The notes under the pieces were generated by a model. The model searched no databases, had not been told where the DNA came from, and was given only the letters and a program-made list of their open reading frames with translations. From positions 1-13,638 of the forward strand of contig CAYRPF010000049.1 in assembly GCA_964426185.1 (NCBI GenBank): DNA of 13,638 nucleotides. The letters run 5' to 3'. Shown piece by piece: positions 7,401-13,638 of the stretch (position 1 is the stretch's first letter; each line of letters starts with the position of its first letter). The stretch is from an uncultured archaeon. GTDB taxonomy: Archaea > Asgardarchaeota > Lokiarchaeia > Sigyniarchaeales > Promethearchaeaceae. Made by a program: the position numbers and the translations under genes.

Positions 7401-9468
7401 CTGCTCCGATTTCGTGCCAAGTATAATTTATCAATGCTGGAAAACCCACCACAGTCTCCGTAAACTTACGAAGATCAAATAATTTATGATGTTGATAGGG
7501 ATGCTCTACTTCAGATTCCGCAGGTGTGAAATATTGGATAATTTCTAATAACTTTTGATAGTGATTTGGATGAATAATCAGTTTTTCCAAATTGCGCTCC
7601 ATCACATTTTGCATATTTTTAATTTGATCTTGTGCCCAATAGTAAACAGATAAATCCAATCGATGTTTCTGGTAAAAAACCTTCTTATTTTTTCGATTTA
7701 CAACTTTTTTTTCAAAGATAAGACGATTTTCTAAAATTGAGCATATCTTAAAAATCGAGATTAAAATCTTAATGATTTTAAATAACATATTTAACTCGCT
7801 TTGCGGATTAGATACGCTTTGATTTAACACCTCAAAGTGATATTTAACTTTGGTACGCGGGGCAATTTTTTGATCCGGTAAAATTTGTCCTTCTATCGTA
7901 ATTTCTAAGGGGATATTGTTCAAAATTTGATGATGAAAGATCTTAATTTCATTTATTGGAAAATCTTTGTAAAAAGGATTAGCTTGCTGAAGATCTTGGA
8001 GGATTACGGCAGGTGTTTTATTGTGTGTTAACCCTTCTTTCCATATTTTCCACCATTGATGAAATTTGGGATAATTTGGTGCTTTTTTTGGAACCATCAT
8101 TTCTAATAATAAAGCAAATCCAAAAACTCGTTCATTTAATGGATCGGACTCAATGGTAAAAATCAAACTAATTGGGGAATATTTTGGAATGGCATAACTG
8201 TACATTTGCTGCTTTGGGGGATAAATCGGTTTTCCTTGTACTAATGCTTCTGCTCGTTGTTTCAAAAAAGGTATTTCTGCATAAATTGGTTGAGGTATAG
8301 ATCCAACTTGTATTGTATGAATACGCTTTGCAACATCACCTACAGTCTTAAAACCTAGTTGTTTTAATTGCATGATTACAGAGGTATTCGCATAAGGGAT
8401 AACTTCCAATGCCCAATTTTCAACTGGATTCTTTTCAGTTACCCCCAAACGGTATAAACAATCATTCAAAAATTGACAACTTCCACATAAAGGTTGAATA
8501 TTCAAGGGTATTGATGCAATACTACACGGAGCTTGCTTCCATAACCATTGAAATTGCCAAATTACATCATAATACATTCTCACAACATTGTTCCAGTCCA
8601 TAATCACCATGTTTGAATATAAATCATCCAAGCAGTTAATTTGTGATATAACTGATGGATCTAATCTCGGCAATATACCGTTTCCTTCAGAAATCACCAA
8701 GAATTTATCATCCAATGTATGTTTATGGAGATACCATGCCATTGCATGCATGTAGTATAATATTTCAATAAAATGAGATTTGCCGATATTAGGTTCGAGA
8801 ACATGCTTGATATCAATTATTGAAATACCATATATCGGTTGTGATGTATTAGGTACCTTGGTGGTTAATCTATTATTATAATTTAAATATGAAATTGAAC
8901 TATGTTTACTATTATTAAGTGATAAACGCTTAAGGACTATAATATCTGGTCGAAATTTAGAATATGTAATGGGTAGTGGATCTTGAGGGTTTTTTGCAGG
9001 AAAAATTTCCTCAAAAAAATCGTCTCCAGCATTAAATTCGCCTTCCAGTATGAAGACTTCATCAATATTGTTGGGAACACATTTTTGGTAAATTGCATTT
9101 AGTAAGTCGGGTGTAATTTTTCGTTTGAGGAACACGTTTTTAGGAATGCTACGCGTAAAAATACAGTTTGCAAATGATGTTAAATGTGAATATATTGTCT
9201 GTTCATATATATGACCTTGCTTCATTGCAAATTCAGAACCTGCTCGCGCTGGAATCCGCGGTTTTGATTTTTCCAGAGGATTACGCCATTGTGGACTATT
9301 TGGAAGATAAAGAAATGCTTGACGCAAGCAACCTCCTTCAATTAATCGTTTTAGAGATAATTTATTGAAATGTTTAGGGATTTTCCATTCAGAAGTAATT
9401 TCTTTTTCAATTTCATAAACAGGTCTAGTATCTTCTATCTGAAATATATGAAATTCGTTAGCTTTCAT
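4426..9468 (-). CDS. Dna2-like nuclease-helicase fusion: Fe-S PD-(D/E)xK (Cas4/RecB/AddB-type) nuclease + TM0106-like HhH/RNase H-fold region + SF1 (Dna2/Upf1/Nam7-like) helicase, ~1680 aa
   Basis: Numbering follows the 1694-aa track ORF. Nuclease: C61...C342-x2-C345-x5-C351, RPD189, D233-I-K235, E-x3-Y (HFIEILYY). Helicase: Q-motif PSQKDAI, Walker A GPPGTGKS (6331-6354), Ia LITAFSYAA, Walker B IVDEASQ (DEASQ at 5890-5904), III VGDYFQLPP, IV NYRSHPDI, VSPHNAQ, V SVEKFQGSDRE, VI RFNVLTSRAKRKL. ATG 9468 is preferred over the track's TTG 9510 because GAGGT sits 5 nt upstream. Confidence 0.9.
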   Translation of the reverse strand: MKANEFHIFQIEDTRPVYEIEKEITSEWKIPKHFNKLSLKRLIEGGCLRQAFLYLPNSPQWRNPLEKSKPRIPARAGSEFAMKQGHIYEQTIYSHLTSFANCIFTRSIPKNVFLKRKITPDLLNAIYQKCVPNNIDEVFILEGEFNAGDDFFEEIFPAKNPQDPLPITYSKFRPDIIVLKRLSLNNSKHSSISYLNYNNRLTTKVPNTSQPIYGISIIDIKHVLEPNIGKSHFIEILYYMHAMAWYLHKHTLDDKFLVISEGNGILPRLDPSVISQINCLDDLYSNMVIMDWNNVVRMYYDVIWQFQWLWKQAPCSIASIPLNIQPLCGSCQFLNDCLYRLGVTEKNPVENWALEVIPYANTSVIMQLKQLGFKTVGDVAKRIHTIQVGSIPQPIYAEIPFLKQRAEALVQGKPIYPPKQQMYSYAIPKYSPISLIFTIESDPLNERVFGFALLLEMMVPKKAPNYPKFHQWWKIWKEGLTHNKTPAVILQDLQQANPFYKDFPINEIKIFHHQILNNIPLEITIEGQILPDQKIAPRTKVKYHFEVLNQSVSNPQSELNMLFKIIKILISIFKICSILENRLIFEKKVVNRKNKKVFYQKHRLDLSVYYWAQDQIKNMQNVMERNLEKLIIHPNHYQKLLEIIQYFTPAESEVEHPYQHHKLFDLRKFTETVVGFPALINYTWHEIGAAIFNTNFKKKFWLQHFNYMDYQVWYEYLEAKELAEKQVLKDEILKQLARKAKYINLLRKKFQVESTDIIPWESNPVSLDLFNEISLPPTFHKIAHLWYFFAKLTGAIQELEVDEIRTMYPNFSISKLNAAEVQNLQYIPNLGKGNSYYLFEIRNLSSNMKIKEKDRVLLIPNELRDRKIGKWTYSWMVEIERMVWKSKINGFQIKTAPHRNDLVTLYQQTVPNPKKITNWYLYPLSLDAWSNKLYNARGSGLLQNNHFGDSILGFNLVNKWKINTIQLTSLPKTQQVEMPEIFLYYPEILSNLPQKPKSFVSIQNSSSYQLITKAYPAPDPSQKDAISKALNSFIYAIQGPPGTGKSQTITTLLDEYICRIKQKRGSNAPINILITAFSYAALRVLIDKIRNSRDQFGNRTNVSSIQLIFLHSESVDPIDDEPNLPHIDDLLHKSSGSWQWNGLKRIITKKKQLQNVLKDQFILFGNAHQLYHLPSITMNVLNFDLIIVDEASQVPTDHFLASLQFIHSQSIKLSQVQSSTSMLTSQWEITSKNEVLETIDPDYLSQVVIVGDYFQLPPVQPVEPPKNVEPILGSLYSYYVRNHGIQQSQLQINYRSHPDIVEFTRQLALYQNLKAFFKGRNYTINGIFPSSTPSWIREIFQPDRVVCALIHEHQFEIAISQIEAHVISQIVLYYWISQKLSTKIAEKAFWLQSVGVVSPHNAQGRLILRQIFTKMTNNSHRLTLLDDEELMECLQATIYSVEKFQGSDRELIIASIGISDKDHLKKEEEFIYDLNRFNVLTSRAKRKLIYICSRNFLEYIPHDKTLINYAAQSYKYAVEFCNQEEPLFLNNYLGQSEYIYFRWHDRSLQNPKKLFSSFNYEGNLINQASFEFTATNNPDFLSIIQNLPKDQRTFTLRSDKKVIRGKITIKDPEKDYATIPIPKSISYLLPVVHQKEENSNSQTPKPQSSLKQKISNQKTSRKLEEKKISIKLEDEDEDLL

Positions 9469-9473
9469 GTTAT

Positions 9474-9478
9474 ACCTC
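9474..9478 (-). promoter_or_regulatory. Shine-Dalgarno GAGGT for the nuclease-helicase gene
   Basis: Minus strand AAGAGGTATAACATG; same motif and similar spacing as before mre11 and rad50. Confidence 0.6.
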
Positions 9479-9494
9479 TTATGTTCATGTATGA

Positions 9495-9525
9495 ATTCTT
9501 TTCTTAACAAATATTCTTTTCTTAA
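9495..9525. repeat. 13-bp perfect direct repeat ATTCTTTTCTTAA x2 (5-bp spacer), candidate operator
   Basis: ATTCTTTTCTTAA at 9495-9507 and 9513-9525, between a TTTAAAA TATA-like element (~9530-9536, minus strand) and the helicase RBS. Confidence 0.55.
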
Positions 9526-9529
9526 GGTA

Positions 9530-9609
9530 TTTTAAATTCTTGGCTCTTCTAAATTTTTAGAATAATTGGTAAGAATTATCTTTCTGCTTAATTTAGTAAT
9601 TATATATAT
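9530..9609. promoter_or_regulatory. Divergent promoter region with TATA-like boxes and a 16-bp inverted repeat
   Basis: TTTAAAA on the minus strand ~9530-9536; TTCTAAA-TT-TTTAGAA inverted repeat at 9547-9562; TTATATATAT at 9600-9609, starting 26 nt before the GT4 ATG at 9626. Confidence 0.4.
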
Positions 9610-9625
9610 CGCGGATAATTTCACC

Positions 9626-10768
9626 ATGAGAATCGTTATCTACTTGGGGACATTTAAAAAAAATCATGATGGTGTTGCTCGAGCCACCTATCAATTAGTT
9701 GACTCTCTTTTAACTAAAGGTCATAAAGTGCTGGTTGCTTCACCATTAATAACCCCTCAAAGGCGTAAAAATTTAATTTTATTTAAATTTCCGGCCATAC
9801 CACTCTTTTTTTATCCCGAATATAAGTTTGGAATCCCTATAATGCAATACTTCAACCTTATACTTCGATTTAAACCAGATATTATCCATATCGCAACTCC
9901 AGATTTAATTGGAATGATGACGAGCTTATTCGGGCATATAAGGAAAATTCCTCAAGTTTTTGCCCATCATTCAGATATAATTGCAGTTTTTCGTTATTAT
10001 GGTTTAGGTTTTTTGGAAAAGGGAATTCTTTGGATGTATCGCACCTTTTATAATCACGCTTGCGCAACTTTTGTTCCCACTCGAAAGATACAAGCAAACC
10101 TACGAAAACATGGAATTCATCGGGTGTTTTTATGGTCACGCGGCATTGATCGTAAACAATTCCATCCTAATTTACGATCTGAATCTCTTCGAAAATCTTG
10201 GGGCGCTGAAAATCGACCTGTGATTTTATATACTGGGCGTTTAGTATGGTATAAAGATTTAGATGTTCTTGCTGAGGTCTACCTTTTTTTTCAAGATCAG
10301 AAAACCAATAAACCCCTCTTTGTTTTAGCGGGAGATGGGCCTATCCGAAAAGATATTGAGAAGTTGATGCCCAAAGCGGTATTTTTAGGTTATGTCGAAG
10401 ATTTAAAGCTAGGTAAAACGTTTGCAAGTTCAGATCTATTTTTATTCCCATCTACAACTGAAACCTTTGGACAAGTAGTTCAAGAAGCCTTGGCATCAGG
10501 AATTCCTGCGATTGTTTCTAATATTGGGGGATGCCAAGAAATTATTGAAAAATCACAAGCAGGAATGATTGTAGCTGCAAAAGATTCACAAGCATTTTTA
10601 AAGGCTTGCAAAAAATTGCTTGAAGATAAAGAATTTTACCAAAGGTGTCAGTTTAATGGTTTGAAATTTGCTAAAAACCGATCTTGGTCACATATTAATG
10701 AAGAACTTCTCAAAAAATATGAAAAAATCATTGATTTCTGGCACAATGAACGCAAAAAAAAAATGTAA
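9626..10768 (+). CDS. GT4 (GT-B fold) glycosyltransferase, MgtA/SQD2/PimB-like group, ~380 aa
   Basis: MRIVIY...DGVAR N-terminus, KPDIIHIATP, WSRGIDRKQFHP, YTGRLVWYKDL, LAGDGP, and the EX7E motif ETFGQVVQEALASGIP. ATG 9626 is preferred over TTG 9566, since the family N-terminus starts there and the extension overlaps a TATA-like tract. Confidence 0.9.
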   Translation: MRIVIYLGTFKKNHDGVARATYQLVDSLLTKGHKVLVASPLITPQRRKNLILFKFPAIPLFFYPEYKFGIPIMQYFNLILRFKPDIIHIATPDLIGMMTSLFGHIRKIPQVFAHHSDIIAVFRYYGLGFLEKGILWMYRTFYNHACATFVPTRKIQANLRKHGIHRVFLWSRGIDRKQFHPNLRSESLRKSWGAENRPVILYTGRLVWYKDLDVLAEVYLFFQDQKTNKPLFVLAGDGPIRKDIEKLMPKAVFLGYVEDLKLGKTFASSDLFLFPSTTETFGQVVQEALASGIPAIVSNIGGCQEIIEKSQAGMIVAAKDSQAFLKACKKLLEDKEFYQRCQFNGLKFAKNRSWSHINEELLKKYEKIIDFWHNERKKKM

Positions 10769-10773
10769 AAAAA

Positions 10774-12165
10774 TTAAAAATCGTCCAATTTTGCCTCTGA
10801 AGATTCCTTCCCAAATACTGGAGAATCAGAAATCTGGAGATATTGCTTCTCCTTCTCCTTCACATTTAAGCGATTGGAATGATATTGTGTAATTATTCCC
10901 CGAAGTTTAATTAGAATCCATTCCAGACTAAATTTATAATGAACTTTTTCCCAATATTTGGAGAGAACCCACCAGAAAGTAACTTGAATCCCTACAAAAA
11001 GATACATCTGAATGAATCTATCTGTCGGAAACGAAGGGATTAAATCCCATAACGGCATATACCATTTAAGGGTTAAAACGCAGATGATACTCTCGAAAAC
11101 ATACATTGTCAAGGTAATTACCCCGAATCTGAACAAAAATTTCGTTCTTTTTATCATTTTCTTAGGGTTTTTCGGTTTTCGAAATTCCCAAATTTCTATA
11201 AAAATGGCTTGAACCAGTAAAATATAACCGAGATCGAAAACTTCGATTTCAAATGGAATAAAAGAACCCAATAATTCGGGTGAGAGATTATTTCCAAATA
11301 AAAGCATATATAAACCAGCACCTAACATTATAAGGGGGCCCACAACCCAGCCAATAATTCTAAAAAATCTCTTTTTCCACCTTGAGGCAAATGTAATTCC
11401 AAAGATTAAACCAAAAAAACCGTACGCTGCGCTGGGGAATGTACTGTTGGGCGGGCCAATAATAAATTTCAAGAGAATAACCGTCAGATATTGTTTTTGA
11501 TCTAATGCTTCAAAAAATAACGAATCAAACGATTGATGTAGAAATTTTGAAGCCATAAACCATAATATCCCACATACTGTTAAGATGATTAGGTTCTTTT
11601 CAACTTTTTGATAACCTTTTTTCCGCCAAAGCAAAGAAAGCGCAGTTACGCTAATCAATCCATTCAAGGCGATTAATGCAATTGCATCGGTCTGAAAAAG
11701 CACCTGGATATCTGTCCATATAAAATGTCCAACTTCTAAGGAACCAGTTATCACAGTTCGTTGAATGCTTCCATTCCAATGCAATCCATAATGAAATAGC
11801 GATACATGGAAAAGGGAAAAAATGAATAAAAGGGCAAAACTTACCCCAGATGCATAGAGTCCCCTATTAATTGATCTCCGAATCATTTGAGGATTTTGGT
11901 TCAAGTTTTTCTGCACAATAGATTGCATCTTGAACCCCAATGCGGTACTGGAAATAATGGCGAATACTGCTCCACAAGTGGAAAATGCTATTAATGGAGA
12001 AAGTACAATGACCATCCATAAAGGAAATTCGTCCAGAGGGATCAAATTGTAATCCCACAAGATGATATGGGAAAAAGAGTGCGAAAGGATGATAAAAAGC
12101 CCTACAAAACCCCTAAAAACGTCCAAGTAGAGGAGACGATTTTTTGTTTTTGTTAAATCACTCAT
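10774..12165 (-). CDS. Polytopic membrane protein, HGSNAT/DUF1624 (acyltransferase-3/DUF418-related) putative membrane acyl/acetyltransferase, 463 aa
   Basis: N-terminal RLLYLDVFRG...ILSH motif, about 10-11 hydrophobic segments, and C-terminal GVITLTMYVFES...W...FSLEW resembling the DUF418-type end. Confidence 0.75.
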   Translation of the reverse strand: MSDLTKTKNRLLYLDVFRGFVGLFIILSHSFSHIILWDYNLIPLDEFPLWMVIVLSPLIAFSTCGAVFAIISSTALGFKMQSIVQKNLNQNPQMIRRSINRGLYASGVSFALLFIFSLFHVSLFHYGLHWNGSIQRTVITGSLEVGHFIWTDIQVLFQTDAIALIALNGLISVTALSLLWRKKGYQKVEKNLIILTVCGILWFMASKFLHQSFDSLFFEALDQKQYLTVILLKFIIGPPNSTFPSAAYGFFGLIFGITFASRWKKRFFRIIGWVVGPLIMLGAGLYMLLFGNNLSPELLGSFIPFEIEVFDLGYILLVQAIFIEIWEFRKPKNPKKMIKRTKFLFRFGVITLTMYVFESIICVLTLKWYMPLWDLIPSFPTDRFIQMYLFVGIQVTFWWVLSKYWEKVHYKFSLEWILIKLRGIITQYHSNRLNVKEKEKQYLQISDSPVFGKESSEAKLDDF

Positions 12166-12189
12166 TATTTATCTAGTGACACTGTTAAT

Positions 12190-12204
12190 GAATAAATTTT
12201 ATTC
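12190..12204. promoter_or_regulatory. Inverted repeat GAATAAA-T-TTTATTC over the expected TATA position of the membrane-protein gene
   Basis: Perfect 7-1-7 palindrome 25-39 nt upstream of ATG 12165; AT-rich, so it may be chance. Confidence 0.3.
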
Positions 12205-12402
12205 TTGGGCTACTTGACTTAGCATTTTTTTCGATTTTCCATATGGATACATCAGAAGTTAATGGAATTCATATTTTAACATTCAAATCGATTGGAAATT
12301 TGACGAAGAAGAAAAAATGATCCATACGAACCTATTTTTTTTACCTCTAATCAAGAATTCAAACTAATTTATGCAAAAAACTAATAATAAAGGAGGAAAA
12401 AA

Positions 12403-12486
12403 ATGGAAAGAAAAATTAAATTTTGTTATAACCTCCCCCGTTTATGTGTGAGGTGTTTGAAGCATTTTTTTCTTAATTTTACTTAA
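12403..12486 (+). CDS. Possible 27-aa Cys/His-containing micro-protein MERKIKFCYNLPRLCVRCLKHFFLNFT
   Basis: AGGAGG at 12391-12396, 6 nt before ATG 12403; stop TAA at 12484-12486; C-x6-C-x2-C-x2-H pattern. No recognisable homology. Confidence 0.25.
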   Translation: MERKIKFCYNLPRLCVRCLKHFFLNFT

Positions 12487-12529
12487 TCTTACCGATTTTT
12501 ACTGAATTTCCTTATTTTTATATTATTTC

Positions 12530-13516
12530 TTACTTAATTTTTTTCTTTAAATTAAAATCAATATCTCTTAAGTAAATATGCTCACCTTTCTCATGAATAA
12601 CATGGCCAGTCGTGATAGTTCCATACTTAGAGGTGGAAGAAAAAACGTAATACAATCGATTCGGAAATATCTCTTGAAAAACACCTCTGGGATGCTCGTG
12701 TGAACGATAAATTCGTTGGAGATTGTTCATTTTCAAAAAAGCATCCAGCTCCGGTTCGGTATAGAAATAGAATCCATGATATGAACGGGCATTAGGGTGT
12801 TCAAGTTCTTTTTCGGTTGGGTCATTCCAGCGAATTTGTGTAAAAATTTCCTTTAACTCGCCTTTTAATTGTATATCTGATAAAGCATTAAAATTGGAAT
12901 GAGGTTTAGGCAGGAGATTTAAAGTTCCTAAAGGATATGCTACTTTAGGAATACCTGCATGAATACAAAGCGATTCCAATGGAGATACTGCGGCTAAAGA
13001 CATTAAATCATAAAGAGCAACGATAATAGCTTGTATTGCCTTAAAGACATCAGGATTTTCAAAATACTGCTGTAGTTCTTCATTAAAACCGAAAATTAAA
13101 TTTAATGCCATATCTTCATGATTTCCCCGTAGTATTATTACCCTATCAGGCCAAGCCAAGCATAAACCCAAAATATACATTAAATTTAAAAAACTGAATT
13201 TACCCCGATCTACATAATCTCCCATGAAAACCAAAGCATCAACTTTTCCTTGCAAAAATGGTCGGGTAAGCCGCAACGTCGAATCAAGGTCTCCATGAGT
13301 ATCCCCCACAATTAGTACATTTTTAAATTGAGGACCAAGTTCGGAGAGTCTTATTACATTAGGTAAGGAGAGCGCCAGCGATTGGAATTTTAGCCATATC
13401 TTGCCCATATCAAATAAACTGAAAGGAGAGACATTTCTCATAAATGTATATGCTTCTGGATCTTTCAAGAAGCGTTCTAAACTACGGGGTACGGTGTTTT
13501 GATTAAGATGACGCAT
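12530..13516 (-). CDS. PPP-family serine/threonine protein phosphatase (PP1/PP2A/PP5-like metallophosphoesterase), ~328 aa
   Basis: GDTHG (13292-13306), GDYVDRG, LRGNHE, HAG, WNDP, RSHE and VFSS motifs. ATG 13516 is preferred over TTG 13588, which lies inside the tandem repeat; TTATAT sits 27-32 nt upstream of 13516. Confidence 0.9.
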   Translation of the reverse strand: MRHLNQNTVPRSLERFLKDPEAYTFMRNVSPFSLFDMGKIWLKFQSLALSLPNVIRLSELGPQFKNVLIVGDTHGDLDSTLRLTRPFLQGKVDALVFMGDYVDRGKFSFLNLMYILGLCLAWPDRVIILRGNHEDMALNLIFGFNEELQQYFENPDVFKAIQAIIVALYDLMSLAAVSPLESLCIHAGIPKVAYPLGTLNLLPKPHSNFNALSDIQLKGELKEIFTQIRWNDPTEKELEHPNARSYHGFYFYTEPELDAFLKMNNLQRIYRSHEHPRGVFQEIFPNRLYYVFSSTSKYGTITTGHVIHEKGEHIYLRDIDFNLKKKIK

Positions 13517-13572
13517 TATAGCTGTCTCGATTAGAATATTAGATATAATACCATATTTTCTCTGAAATTTAT

Positions 13573-13638
13573 AACTTTTTACATCCAAATAATCCTATCT
13601 TTCGAACTTTTTACATCCAAATAATCCTATCTTTCGAA
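13573..13638. repeat. Perfect 32-bp tandem direct repeat AACTTTTTACATCCAAATAATCCTATCTTTCG, 2 full copies plus 2 nt, running to the window end
   Basis: Copy 1 at 13573-13604, copy 2 at 13605-13636, then AA at 13637-13638; the copies are identical and have no spacer. Confidence 0.95.

Noticed and set aside
8458-9330. Stand-alone Cas4 / CRISPR adaptation module
   Set aside because: The domain is fused to an SF1 helicase, and no cas1, cas2 or array is nearby.
7082-9368. Plus-strand ORFs 7082..7339, 8409..8603 and 9168..9368
   Set aside because: They are short, antisense to the nuclease-helicase CDS and have no recognisable motifs.
9469-9625. TTG starts at 9510 and 9566 given in the ORF track (also 13588 for the phosphatase)
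   Set aside because: Downstream ATGs at 9468, 9626 and 13516 fit the RBS or TATA positions and the family N-termini better.
9882-12058. ORFs 9882..10139, 10668..10892, 11012..11212 and 11867..12058
   Set aside because: They overlap the GT4 or membrane-protein genes antisense or out of frame, and show no family signal.
13573-13638. CRISPR array
   Set aside because: The repeat length is CRISPR-like, but the units are directly adjacent with no spacers, and no cas genes are in the window.

Overview
AT-rich prokaryotic window, most likely archaeal. GAGGT(G) Shine-Dalgarno motifs, TATA-like boxes ~20-30 nt before apparently leaderless genes and a eukaryote-like PPP phosphatase suggest an Asgard/Lokiarchaeia-like host, but this is inference only. 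The left 9.5 kb is a co-oriented minus-strand three-gene cluster: (1) a ~1,680-aa fusion of an Fe-S-cluster PD-(D/E)xK nuclease (Cas4/AddB/Dna2 type), a degenerate TM0106-like HhH/RNase H-fold region and a Dna2/Upf1-like SF1 helicase; (2) Mre11/SbcD with a long charged tail; (3) Rad50/SbcC, which is missing from the ORF track because it runs off the window edge. The main candidate novel system is this Dna2-like nuclease-helicase + Mre11 + Rad50 operon, which resembles the eukaryotic MRX-Dna2 resection partnership. The right part holds a divergently transcribed GT4 glycosyltransferase, a convergent HGSNAT/DUF1624-like membrane acyltransferase, an intergenic region with a possible Cys-rich micro-ORF, a PPP-family Ser/Thr phosphatase and a perfect 32-bp tandem repeat at the window end.
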